DNA of 64,000 nucleotides, taken from NCBI RefSeq assembly GCF_006345805.1, contig NC_042997.1, forward strand, positions 29,388,001 through 29,452,000, in the 5' to 3' direction. Under the pieces are notes generated by a model. It saw only the letters and a program-made list of their open reading frames with translations. It did no database searches and was not told where the DNA came from. This document shows, piece by piece, positions 11,911 to 25,001 of this stretch (position 1 is the stretch's first letter; each line of letters starts with the position of its first letter). A program made the position numbers and the translations under genes. The DNA comes from Octopus sinensis. Its lineage: Eukaryota.

Positions 11911-11991
11911 ATATATTTACGCAAATGTATATACATATATATAAATTGATCAAAATAAAAATAAAAATAAAAACATGAGGCGAAGGATTCA

Positions 11992-12069
11992 GCGGTACAT
12001 ATGTTTCGGGCCTTTATTAGACAGATTCATAACAAATCATAATGTATGTCTGTGGCCTTCTTCAGCCGC
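11992..12069 (-). ncRNA. Type I hammerhead ribozyme motif (left arm of the palindrome)
   Basis: Reverse complement of the 14093-14170 motif. Confidence 0.65.
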
Positions 12070-14092
12070 GCATAACAGCTTCCACAAGGACATGTGTTAC
12101 TTCCGAAATTCTTGGTTGGGGATGCAAATCTTCTCGTTCCCGTACGACATAATGCGGCAGCAGCATCGAATTGAATCGTCCATCTCCTTCTTCTCTCAGT
12201 GTAGAATGAGAAAACTTGGATGTTGAGGTAATGTAAATAAATAAATACGTATATAGAGGTGAAGATGGAGGGGCGAGAGTTCGGGATGAGGGATAAAAAT
12301 ATAAAATAATATAAAATAATATAAAAATGTAGAGGATAAAGATATAAAGAGTTGTAAGGAGATGTAAAGGGGGTATAAAGAAATATAAAGAAATATAAAT
12401 AAATGTAAAGGCATAATGTTGTAAAGTAAAAATAGAAATGGAAATAATAGTAAAAGAAGTAAAAGAACCTGATAAAAACATGATAAAAGTGTAAAAGAAT
12501 GTAAAGATAAGGGATGTATAGAGGTCGCGGACCCAGCATGGTGGTCAGGAGATTGATAAAACCTAGTTGTAGAACTGTCAGTAAATTAACGGTTTCGTCG
12601 TAAATCAGAGCTGATGAGAGTTTATCTGGTTCCTTGAATTAATGGACTTCCAGTACATACATATCATCATGGGTACATACACCCACATACACGCGTACAT
12701 ATACGTCTCCAAGTCTATAAGCAAACACACGCACTCGCGTGTAAACACGTACATAAACACACACGCACCCACACGCACACGCGCACACACACGTACATAC
12801 AACAGAATATCCGCATATATAGACGGACATTACGCGCGTACACGCTCACATGTATATACGCGCGCCCCTCACTACATACGTACACGTATATGCCCACGTC
12901 TCTAGGTCTAGGTATAAGATATTAAAGGATGTGTATAAGAACGTATGTAAAGAATCCCGTACTCATGTTAATACGCGCACGCACACACGGCTGTGTGTCC
13001 GTATGTGCGTGCACATATATATATTCACATACACACACAGAGACACACGCGCCCATGGGTATAGTCATAAGATATCGAAGTATGCATGTACATATACGCG
13101 CGCATATATGTATATCGAAGTATGCATGTACATATATGTGCACGCATATATGTGCACGCACATACGGACACACAGCCGTGTGTGCGTGCGCGTATTAACA
13201 TGAGTACGGGATTCTTTACATACGTTCTTATACACATCCTTAATATCTTATACCTAGACCTAGAGACGTGGGCATATACGTGTACGTATGTAGTGAGGGG
13301 CGCGCGTATATACATGTGAGCGTGTACGCGCGTAATGTCCGTCTATATATGCGGATATTCTGTTGTATGTACGTGTGTGTGCGCGTGTGCGTGTGGGTGC
13401 GTGTGTGTTTATGTACGTGTTTACACGCGAGTGCGTGTGTTTGCTTATAGACTTGGAGACGTATATGTACGCGTGTATGTGGGTGTATGTACCCATGATG
13501 ATATGTATGTACTGGAAGTCCATTTAATTCAAGGAACCAGATTAAACTCTCATCAGCTCTGATTTACGACGAAACCGTTAATTTACTGACAGTTCTACAA
13601 CTAGGTTTTATCAATCTCCTGACCACCATGCTGGGTCCGCGACCTCTATACATCCCTTATCTTTACATTCTTTTACACTTTTATCATGTTTTTATCAGGT
13701 TCTTTTACTTCTTTTACTATTATTCCATTTCTATTTTTACTTTACAACATTATGCCTTTACATTTATTTATATTTCTTTATATTTCTTTATACCCCCTTA
13801 CATCTCCTTACAACTCTTTTATCTTTATCCTCTACATTTTTATATTATTTTATATTATTTTATATTTTTATCCCTCATCCCGAACTCTCGCCCCTCCATC
13901 TTTACCTCTATATACGTATTTATTTATTTACATTACCTCAACATCCAAGTTTTCTCATTCTACACTGAGAGAAGAAGGAGATGGACGATTCAATTCGATG
14001 CTGCTGCCGCATTATGTCGTACGGGAACGAGAAGATTTGCATCCCCAACCAAGAATTTCGGAAGTAACACATGTCCTTGTGGAGCTGTGTGC

Positions 14093-14170
14093 GCGGCTGA
14101 AGAAGGCCACAGACATACATTATGATTTGTTATGAATCTGTCTAATAAAGGCCCGAAACATATGTACCGC
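14093..14170 (+). ncRNA. Type I hammerhead ribozyme motif (right arm), palindromic stem III
   Basis: GCGG (stem I), CTGAAGA, A, GGCC...GGCC-C (extended stem II incl. ACAGA/TCTGT), GAAAC-ATAT-GTA, CCGC (stem I'). ACATATGT is self-complementary, as in PLE dimer-type hammerheads. Confidence 0.65.
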
Positions 14171-14339
14171 TGAATCCTTCGCCTCATGTTTTTATTTTTA
14201 TTTTTATTTTGATCAATTTATTTTTACTTTTATTTTTATTTTGATCAATTTACTCCACCACCTACACCACCAAACGGTATACACAGGTGCTTATAATTAT
14301 CAAGTACTCACCCCGAATTTCTACACTCAACTTATATAC

Positions 14340-14459
<120 letters not shown>

Positions 14460-14505
14460 CTGTGTGTCTGTGTGTGTGTGTGTGTGTGTGTGCATATACA
14501 TACGT

Positions 14506-14775
14506 GGAGGCGCAATGGCCTAGTGGTTAGGGCAGCGGACTCGCGGTCGCAGGATCGCGGTTTCGATTCCCAGACCGGGCGTTGTGAGTGTTTATTGAGC
14601 GAAAACACCTAAAAGCTCCACGAAGCTCCGGCAGGGGGTGGTGATCCCTGCTGTACTTTTCACCACTCTTTCTCCCACTCTTTCTTGTGTTGGCCTGCTC
14701 GCTTAGCCAGCGGGGTGGCGTCATTCGAAGGCTAAAACAATGCGAACGCATTGTGACCAGCGATGTGTAACAACA
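14506..14775 (+). mobile_element. tRNA-derived SINE (family C head)
   Basis: A box TGGCCTAGTGG, B box GGTTTCGATTCCC, then a non-tRNA body. The head is shared with the copy at 33632. Confidence 0.85.
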
Positions 14776-15302
14776 GAAGCACCCCCACACACACATATAT
14801 GTATGCGTATGTGTGATTTATATATATATCTATATATATATGTACCAGACTTGATATTTCTTTCTTGGGTCGAAGAAATTCTTATATTTCTGTCTCATGA
14901 CTTTCATCTCTTATGTTCATCTCCTATGTTCCTGTCTCAAGGCTTTCACTCTACACACGCCAGCTCAACTTGATTCGTCTTCATTCGTCGAAAGACACCT
15001 GTCGTTATTTTCTTGTTTATATTCGTAATTCTTTCTCAAAAAAAAATTTCATGCTTAGATTTTGTGGGGCAGCCAAATTTGAACAGTTCCAAGTGTAACT
15101 GACCGAAGCTGTAAGGATAATATGTTAACTTGACTGGTGAGAGAAGGCTGTAAATGACCCGTCCTTTTTCTTTTCCTGTCCGTCTTCGCATCGTCTATTT
15201 GTCCAGATTTCTTTTTTTTCGTCTTTTACATTCTTGTTCTAATTTTTTTATTTATATATACATAGAGCGGCGTACGTACAATTTTGCTCAACTTGTAAGA
15301 GT

Positions 15303-15619
15303 CTGACTGAGAATAAATCTGTTCATACACATAGTAAAACACGTGTATTGGATTCAGGCTAATCTTATAAGAACAGAGATTTGAGAGGATGACAGACATA
15401 TTTCTTACCTATGACAGGGCTATAACTGCCATGGAGCCGATGGATACTGGCTAAGTCGAAATGCGTATGTCAGTACAGGTTATGTATACATGCCGGTAAA
15501 AGTAGCGCCCTCCGAGGTAAGAAATATGTCTGTCATCCACTCAAATCTCTTTTGCTATTAGATTAGTCTGAATCCAATATATGTGTTTTATTGTGTATGA
15601 ACGGGATTTTTCTTAGTCA
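15303..15619. mobile_element. Degenerate MITE/foldback with ~105-bp inverted arms
   Basis: 15303-15410 (...gatgacagacatatttcttacct) is the reverse complement of 15515-15619 (aggtaagaaatatgtctgtcatc...). Confidence 0.75.
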
Positions 15620-15740
15620 AAATCTGCACAATCGAGCGGGTTTATATACTTGATACACAGATGGAAACCAGCACTGGCCTCTTTGGAATACTTTTGCACA
15701 TGCGCCCACACATACTCACACATACACATCTATTTGTGTA

Positions 15741-15778
<38 letters not shown>

Positions 15779-16297
15779 CAGTAATCCTCCTCGACTATAG
15801 CAGGTATTACGTTCCAAAACCTCCTGGGATAGGTAAAAAATCTGTGAAGCAGTACTCTACTGTATATATTTTTCTCATTTTTATAATTTTTATGTATTTC
15901 TTTCATCATAACTGCACAACAATAGCACACACTTGCCTCCCGTGTTTCGTTATCCATACATCATGTGTAAATCTTTGTTTACTCATCTACGGTACACAAC
16001 ATATTTTTAAAAATATATTTTAATTAACGTGTTATACAGTACAGAATAGTACTTTGTTTTTACATATTAATTCATTAATTTCTAAGCGTGGAAATGCTTA
16101 TTTTACCACAAAAATAATTTAAATCTAAATAATATAAATACCTATAGGCCGTAGAAACCCCCGATATACTGAGGAACCCGCGATATAAATTTACGTCAAT
16201 TAGCCAGAAAAATACGCGATGTCCCGAGTGCGAGATATGTGAGCCGCGATGTACTGTGTGCGCACTAGGTGAACCAGGATATGGCGATGGATTACTG
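15779..16297. mobile_element. Tc1/mariner-superfamily (pogo/Tigger-like) MITE
   Basis: Ends are CAGTAATCC and GGATTACTG, with TA after the right end. No coding capacity. Confidence 0.7.
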
Positions 16298-16326
16298 TAT
16301 ATATATATATATATATATATCTTAAA

Positions 16327-16646
16327 GACTCCGCCGGTTACGACGACGAGGGTCCCAGCTGATACGATCAACGGAACAGCTTGCTCGTGAAATTAACGTG
16401 CAAATGGCTGAGCATTCCACAGACAAGTGTACCCTTAACATAGTTCTCGGGGATAATCAGCGTGACACAGAGAGTGACAAGGCTGACCCTTTGAAATACA
16501 AGTACAACTCATTTTTGCCAGCTGAGTGGACTGGAGCAACGTGAAATAAAGTGTCTTGCTCAAGGACACAACGCGTCGCCGGGAATCGAACTCACAACCT
16601 TACGATCATGAGCCGAATGCCCTAACCACTAACCCACGCGCCCTCA
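16327..16646 (-). mobile_element. tRNA-derived SINE (family D) with CORE-like domain
   Basis: Minus strand reads GGGCGCGTGGGTTAGTGGTTAGG...GAGTTCGATTCCC, then GTGTCCTTGAGCAAGACACT. The tail is shared with the 33632 element. Confidence 0.85.
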
Positions 16647-17848
16647 CTATATATATATATATGTGTGTGTGTGCCTACTCACCTACCTACCCATATCTAT
16701 CTACACACACACGCACACACACACACACACATATATATATGATCTCAATTGTTGCGACCACCGTTAAAGCAATGAAACTCTATTCTCTCCAGCTGCTCCA
16801 CCCTGAGCGCTACATCGTTTGCACAATGATCCTACACAATTCAGGATCACGACACGTAAATACAGTACTACACAGTGTATTTTCCTTAACAGACTCTGCC
16901 ACCTATTTAACGTTGTCATGGAACAAATCAATGAGGATAATGGTCCCATCACCTCTAAATGGTATCCGGACAAATTTCTTCAAGGGTCACCAGATAAGCC
17001 ACCTGTACCTGTATACAGCTCACTTAACACGAACTCCCTAGTAGAATGTGCTATGATACCACAAAATTTTACTTTAAAAGGATTTAGCAAATCCTATCAG
17101 TTGGTGGTATTTTACTTAGCCATGGCTTGGACCACTCACTGGTCGGAACATATGTAAATTTAAGTTTATAACCAGTCGTGCATCAGGTGAGATTATATAC
17201 TAAAAGTTGTTATGTATCATTCGCTGCAGATGTCCATCATCAGGTGACTTGTTAAATGCATCGCAACTATTTGTACAAAATCTAATTCGTGAGGGAGCGA
17301 TGTGGTCATTAATAACGAATATTGTCTATTTCCTGTTCTATTTCTCTCATATATATACACACACATTAAAATAATAAAGAAAAAATCTTTCAAATTTTTA
17401 TCAGCGGCCAGCATATAAAAATAGACCTAGTTAAGGTGAAATCATATATACAATTATACTTAAGGGAATAGAAAAATATTGTCTTTATGCTGAACGGAGA
17501 CACTAAATCGTCTAACCACTTTAAATCATCACCAAAATTATACATGTGCTGAAATCGAGGGAGTAAGCTAACAGAAAATCATAAAAATAAAATTATCCCT
17601 GGATTGATCAATTTCTAGATTTACTTAATGCCTTTTCCTCCTCAGCAGCGCATAGTGAAGGAAATAAATGGAATATTTCTACATACCCACACCACAGGGA
17701 AGCAAACGCAAAGGCACGATTACATATAATTTTGGTGATAATTTAAAGTGGTTGGACGATTTAGCGTCGCTTTTCAGCATATACATATAGGCAAGATTTT
17801 CTGTGCCCTTAATTACAACTATATATACATACTTACAGTCATTCATAC

Positions 17849-17895
<47 letters not shown>

Positions 17896-20717
17896 ATACA
17901 TATATATACATATATATATATATATGTATTTATACATATATATACACACACACACACATATATATATACATTCACACACACACATATTATATACATATAT
18001 ATATATACATGTATACGCATGTACATATATGCCATATCCTCTCAGTGGCATCCCACTTTTTAACTGATATGCAAAAGGAAATTTAAATGTACAAATAATA
18101 TAGATTTTTCTATAAGTTACCGTTAATATTTAGGAAATTGTTTTCAAACGTCCTACTTCCGGTAACTTTTTTTATTTTCGTTGGTCTTATCCTCATTTCG
18201 GTTTTTTTGTATCTCTCTTTAAATTATGTATCGGAAGATGTCCTAGTGTCATTGAACAATTCCGTGTTCCGACAGGAAAGCTTTACTACAGCTATTATTA
18301 ATCTATATATCAATTTTCGCCATATATATCTGGCATCTTTAAACTAATTATTTGGAATATTGTTGCTGTTTATACACATTGTTTCTATGGCTACCACTTT
18401 GCTCTTTCCCTGTACTTATAATAAGACAAAAGAAATTATATTTTAATTCCAAGTAAATGTTGAATGTTGTTTTTTATGCAAATTTTAAATACAAACTTTA
18501 TTAGGAGCCAATTATAATTTCGATTTGAAATTACGGACAAATATATATAAGGAATTCAAAGAGATACGAATAGAATCTGAAATAAATGAGGAGTGTTCTG
18601 GATAGAAATGCATTTCATCCCATTCACCTCTGATTGAACTTCAGGAAATAGAGTAATATTACTATTTTAAATTTATGCATACTCGTCGCATTTGTAAAGA
18701 ATGTATTTAGCTCGGATGTAATGTATATAACATTGAATTTGAAAGTTAAGCATAGTTCTCCATACCTTAGTCTAAATGACTCTTTGAAGTAGAGAGAGCT
18801 ATGGGATTGTTACAGAAGAGTTCACAAATTTCCCTGTGTAGGTATCATGTATATCTTACATCATTAATTACACGAATATAAAGATATAAATTCCTCATGA
18901 ATTTAAAAGGAAAATGGAATTAATAATATATGTCTCAAGTGTTCAAAGAGATCAAATATTTTTGATGCTTAATATTGAGAAAGGAAATCTACATTATTCA
19001 CCATATCAAACCAGAAATCTATAAATATTGTTAGAATTAAACAATGAAATTTTAAATTAAGTTAGCAATAAGGATCAAAGATTCTTTGTTACAACTATTC
19101 ATTTCCCAACTCGCGATTTAAACTCAATACAGAGATCAACTAAACAAGATTTATTTTCTTTGTCTTATTTTGATTTCCATTATACTATCCATGAAATTAC
19201 AATAGTGTTTCACTTGAAGACTTTGAAACATGTTCCGAGTTATTGCACCTCATTATACAATACTGGAAGTGTGTTTCTATATGTAAATATCCATCGATCT
19301 TTTGGTATTTCCTTAATACCGTTCTCGTGACTCCATTATAATATTAAGTTGTTGCAGAATTATTAAAACATTGTAGTCAGCAAATTGCTTATTGCATGAT
19401 TCTTTCAGTCAACATCAATATAAACTACACATTTCCAATCCAACTTTAGTAATCTTATTTAATTTCCCCTTTACTTATTTTTCAGCCGTAGTGTTTGTTT
19501 AAAAATACGATCTGAACTACAGTGATTATTAAATCAAATTCAGTGAGTTTGACAATACAATCAATGCTTAGAGTGAATACATCCATAGCTTAAATGGCAA
19601 TTGTAATCCGTTTTTAGAAAATACTGATTTTCGTGTCAGAAAATGGTTCCTTTTATATGTGCAATGTAAAATATAATCTGCATAAAATAAATATTGATTA
19701 TTTCTGAAATAGCCCATTGCATTTTAGTATCTATATGAGAAGCATGTGAGCACACCTCATTGCAGATGACATGGATATTACAGTAAATCTTCGTATGTAT
19801 CTTTGACAAGGATTTGAAATCATTATAATTTAAACACGCATATGACCATGTATAGTGAGGAAGTCTTTTCGTGGCGCCTTAGAGACTGTTGGTAAAAGTA
19901 AGGAAAGTAGTTTCAACCTAGACCGCAAATTTCTTACATAATAGATAACTCCCCAAAAGGCACAGATCAGTCTTGTGTTAGAGATAAACCACCATTCATC
20001 TAGATTAATTGGAGTTACATTCCTTCCAGTGGGTTTAAATTTTCCATCTAACAAATGTCATTCACAATGTATTGGTCACCCAACTATACAGTTGAAGAAA
20101 TATCTCCAAGAATTCTAACAGTACGATCAGCACATGAAAGCGGTAACTGCAAAGCAGACATTTTGCTTACTACATCAAGGTAACGGGAAAAGCGTCCTGC
20201 GGCAATATGTCATCTTAATCATCTCCAGAATTTATCATCTGCATACGGAAATGGAAACAAGAGATTAGAACTAGCCTTACATTGAAGAAACTTTTGAAAT
20301 AATATTGATAACAAAATAAATTATATACGCAAGGCGAAGACAAATGGAAGTCATACGCATCCGACGAAAATGTTATAGCGCTTGCAAAAGTGTTCACATA
20401 TCTAAGCTTGTAAATTGGTTAAAATTTCATATAGTTCCTGCTTCGTCTATCAAGCTAAAATTTTAAAAAGCGACAGGATATTAGCCATTGTAATACAAGA
20501 GGGCAAATGGTCTAGAATTTAGTACACTACATGATTTTTTTATGGGTTATTACTGCTATGAACTGTATATACATATGCATATATATATGTGTGTATGCAT
20601 GTATGTGTGTATATATAGGTGTATGTATATATACATATATATATATACATGTATGTATGTATATAAATATACATATGCATGTATATTCATATATATAAGT
20701 ATTATATATATATATTC

Positions 20718-20806
<89 letters not shown>

Positions 20807-20971
20807 TAATAGAAATATTAAAATTACTAAGTCTCTCTAAAGGAGATTAGCAGCGTTACTGGAAATTAATAGTTATCGCCATACTTATATAGCGACAGCT
20901 TTAGTCTTATATTTATAAGACTGCCATATAAGTATGGCAATAACTATTAATATATATATATATATATATTC

Positions 20972-21057
<86 letters not shown>

Positions 21058-21059
<2 letters not shown>

Positions 21060-21462
21060 CTCTTTTACTCTTTTACTTGTTTCAGTCATTTGACTGCGAC
21101 CATGCTGGAGCACCGCCTTTAGTCGAGCAAATCGACCCCGGGACTTATTCTTTGTAAGCCCAGTACTTATTCTATCGGTTTCTTTTGCCGAACCGCTAAG
21201 TGACGGGGACGTAAACACACCAGCATCGGTTGTCAAGCAATGCTAGGAGGACAAACACAGCCACACAAACACACACACACATATATATATACATATATAC
21301 GACAGGCTTCTTTCAGTTTCCGTCTACCAAATCCACTCACAAGGCATTGGTCGGCCCGGGGATATAGCAGAAGACACTTGCCCAAGATACCACGCAGTGG
21401 GACTGAACCCGGAACCATGTGGTTGGTTAGCAAGCTACATACCACACAGCCACTCCTGCGCC
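21058..21462 (-). mobile_element. Full-length tRNA-derived SINE (family A)
   Basis: Minus strand has head GTGGCTGTGTGGTA...GGGTTCAGTCCC, CORE-like CTTGGGCAAGTG, and tail GGTGCTCCAGCATGG...GACTGAAACAAGTAAAAGAGTAAAAGAGTA. Confidence 0.9.
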
Positions 21463-21493
<31 letters not shown>

Positions 21494-21494
<1 letters not shown>

Positions 21495-21874
21495 GACCAA
21501 TCAGTGTGTAGTATCACTCAATTACTTAAGCTGATTGGTTGGTTGAGCTGATTGGTTTAGGCATCACGCTTTGTTGGACATGTCAAGAGTCCTGTATCTT
21601 GACCCTGGCCGAAGCAGCAATTGTTGGGTTATTTTTAGAAATGTTGTAAATATCCTTTGTCAGAGATTTTATATTTTTATGAAATATAAAAATATAAAAA
21701 TCTCTGACAAAGGATATTTACACACATTTCTAAAAATAACCCAACAATTGCTGCTTCGGCCAGGGTCAAGATACAGGACTCTTGACATGTCCAACAAAGC
21801 GTGATGCCTAAACCAATCAGCTCAACCAACCAATCAGCTTAAGTAATTGAGTGATACTACACACTGATTGGTCA
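21494..21874. repeat. 381-bp near-perfect hairpin (foldback element) with six CCAAT boxes
   Basis: Arms of ~187 bp differ by two 1-bp indels. The loop is GAAAT at 21681-21685. Confidence 0.95.
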
Positions 21875-22392
21875 GAATACAGTTTGCAAAAACCTAGCAC
21901 TCTGGAGCCTACCCAGCTGTATTTATAGCACAGAATCAATCATCTTACTACAGTCAAAAATTGTGAAGCATGACTGTCAACACTACTACATGAACCCGAA
22001 GATTGCAGAATTCAATGCATGAAAGTACTAGTTCAATCAGAATGAATATTTAACATTCTACTATTTATTTTATTTTATTCAATTATAATATATTATCTTA
22101 TAATATATCATTATAAGATTGTAAATTAAACGTGAAAATCAGACAAGGTTGGAATTCTTTTATTAATATATATATATATATATATATATGCCAAATTATT
22201 GCCGGAATGTTCATATCAAATCTGCCGTATTATAACAGAAATTAACTGAACTTTAAAAGTTTTAGGTCTCAAAGTATTTATGATCAATACCAAATGTTCA
22301 CATCCTGTCCATGTAATTGCCGTAGAACTTAACATCATGTGATCCAGGCCTTTTTGACGATCTACTCATGGATAAATAGGTACATGTTTTTA

Positions 22393-22446
<54 letters not shown>

Positions 22447-23227
22447 ATTGTTATGGGCCAATTTCATGACGTTTCTCGAATTTTGATATCATTAACACTA
22501 AAAATCTGATATAAATTATAACTTGAACTCACAAAATGCAAAAGGATTTACCAGAGAGTGAAATGCATCATGCATGACGCTTTAACAGTTCCTTCGGTCT
22601 TATAACTATCATTAGTGCAATGTTAATCAAACCCGAAAAGATGAAAATCAATGTTATCCTTTTAACTAATTTTGGAATATGAATACTTATGAATAACTGC
22701 TAAATCATAACGAAGTGGGGCTCTGTTCACAATGCATCAGAGTTCTAAATTTTGCTAAGTAAAAATTAAAGTAAAGCCAGTATCTAAGAGAATCAATCAC
22801 GATTTCACATATTTGGTTTATTTGTTTCAGCTAAAAGCTGTGGCCATACTGATAGCAAATTTAACAAATTTGACATTGTATCTGTTTATATAGATTGCGA
22901 AAATAAAAGCTGTTGGTTTCACTCCCACGTGGGTTAATATCCATTTCTTCCGTCGAGGGTTTATATACCCCAGTTTTAGAATATTTTCAACAGTCAATAT
23001 TTAGGGTGAAATCTTATATGCGTGGGTTTATTATTATATTTACAAAATTTCCATTCAGTACTGTCGATTGTTTTCATACGCTCCAATATAATAATCAATA
23101 TCATTACATTTTCTTTATATCCATCTATCTACCTACCTAAATATATATATATATATATATATGTGTATATATACATAAAGCGACTAACCGTTCAAACAGC
23201 GCAAGTATTTTTATATATGCTAGTGGC

Positions 23228-24030
23228 AAGGCAGCGAGCTGGCAGAAACGTTAGCACGCCGGGCAAAAGGCGGTATTTCGTCTGCTGTTATGTTCTGAGA
23301 CCAAATTCCGCCGAGATCGACTTTGCCGTTCATCCTTTCGGGGTCGATTAAATAAGTACCAGTTACGCACTGGGGTCGATATAATCGACTTAATCCGTTT
23401 GTCTGTCCTTGTTTGTCTCCTCTATGTTTAGACCCCTGTGGGCAATGAAGAAATAAGAAACCTTAGCACGCCGGACGAAATGCTTAGCGGTATTTCGTCT
23501 GTCTCTTTACTTTTTTACTTGTTTCAGTCATTTGACTGCGGCCATGCTGGAGCACCACCTTTAGTGGAGCAAATCGACCCCGGGACTTATTCGTTGTAAG
23601 CCCAGTAATTATTCTCTCGGTCACTTTTGCCGAACCGCTAAGTGACGAGGACGTAAACACATAAGCATCGGTTGTCAAGCAATGCTAGAGGGACAAACAC
23701 AGACACACAAATATATACACACATACATATATATATACATATATATGACAGGCTTCTTTCAGTTTCCGTCTACCAAATACACTCACAAGTCTTTGGTCGG
23801 CCCGACGTTATAGCAGAAGACACTTGCCCAAGATGCCACGCAGTGGGACTGAACCCGGAACCATGTGGTTGGTAAGCAAGCTACTTACCACACAGCCACT
23901 CCTGTCTTTGTGTTCTGAGTTCAAATTCCACCGAGGTTGACTTTGCTTTTCGGGGTCGATGAATTAAGAACCAATTGCGTACAGGGATCGATGTAATCAA
24001 CTGGCTCTCCGTCCCCTAAAATTTCGGGCA
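23228..24030. mobile_element. Nested SINE cluster: family B (+), then a second family B (+) interrupted by family A (-, about 23509-23904)
   Basis: The family B sequence ttagcggtatttcgtctgtct resumes after the insert as tctttgtgttctgagttcaaattcc. Confidence 0.8.
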
Positions 24031-24354
24031 TTTCATAAAAGAATATATTCCATTGGCAAAGCAATTCAGAGGTTTTGTCATGAGAGTACTTTGAATGATG
24101 TTTTATCATAATATTATAAGTTATAAATTCAATATTCATAAAAAGATAATTGAATTCTTTGCCACCTTGTATGTTAATCTACAGACAGAAAACGTAATAT
24201 TTCTAGCCAGGTATAACATTACGTGCTTTTGATATCACATTATTGTCTTGTAATGTTTATTAACATTTGCAGATATATATATTTTATCTCTTAATGTGTT
24301 ATAAGTATATGAAATTTTTAGTCGGAAAGTAGTTGGCGCACTTTTTACCACTAC

Positions 24355-24524
24355 TAAATATATTATCTATATTCGACGGATAGTTGTCCTCATCTTGCTT
24401 CTTGTTAATACAAACTTTCGGCTGATATACCCTCCAGCCTTTTTCAGGTGTCTTGGGGGTATTTTCTAACCTGTGCTCGAAAATTTTTCGATGTTGTTAT
24501 TATTATTAATTTTCGATGCCGTTG

Positions 24525-24558
<34 letters not shown>

Positions 24559-24901
24559 CATTATTATAATTATCCGTGTTCAGATCACTGCTTGGAATCG
24601 AACTCGGAATCTTGGGTTTAGTACCCCGCGCTCTTAACCACTACGCAATTATGGAGTGAATTTTAGGACTTATAAATCTAATATTTTTCTATCCTTCCTT
24701 AATACCCATAATAGACACAACACCACTGGAAAATAAGAAAACTAAAAGAAGCAGCACATGCCAGGACACAACAAGCTCCTAAACAGACTGAGTGTACATA
24801 TGAGCAGCATATTGGATCCGGTATTAAGGAAGGTCAGAAAAATATAAGATTTATATGCCCTAAAATTCACTCCATAATTGCCCACAGTCATAATGGCGTA
24901 G
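24355..24901. mobile_element. Non-autonomous element: tRNA-like head, (AAT)n and PLE-type hammerhead tail (-), with an inverted partner running into the gap
   Basis: Minus strand has head GCGTAGTGGTTAAGAGCGC...GAGTTCGATTCC (24585-24646) and a degenerate hammerhead (24407-24452). 24645-24705 is inverted relative to 24820-24881, which continues into ATGGCGTAG and then the N gap. Confidence 0.7.
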
Positions 24902-25001
24902 NNNNNNNNNNNNNNNNNNNNNNNNNNNNNNNNNNNNNNNNNNNNNNNNNNNNNNNNNNNNNNNNNNNNNNNNNNNNNNNNNNNNNNNNNNNNNNNNNNN
25001 N
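24902..25001. other. Assembly gap (100 N)
   Basis: Exactly 100 N, typical of a fixed-size scaffolding gap. Confidence 0.99.

Larger units (their letters stand above)
11941..14221. repeat. 2.28-kb near-perfect palindrome (arms 11941-13020 and 13146-14221, 125-bp spacer) with PLE-like ends
   Basis: The arms are reverse complements along their length, with about 10 differences seen, mostly 1-bp homopolymer indels. Mirrored ORFs in the track (12027- vs 13628+, 11975+ vs 13990-) confirm it. Confidence 0.95.

Noticed and set aside
12605-12660. CTGATGAG as a second hammerhead in the palindrome arm
   Set aside because: No stem II partner or downstream GAAA could be found.
14506-14580. Possible tRNA genes (also about 33632, 16570-16646 and 24585-24646)
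   Set aside because: A and B boxes are present but the acceptor stems do not close and each continues into a SINE body, so they are SINE heads.
16740-17160. ORFs 16556-17041 and 16819-17157 as host exons
   Set aside because: Non-repetitive, but no recognisable domain and no consistent splice pair.
19830-20200. Possible short exons (also about 36290-36330, 39085-39152 and 47070-47215)
   Set aside because: AG/GT pairs exist but polypyrimidine tracts are weak and the peptides are unrecognised, so they cannot be supported without homology or RNA data.
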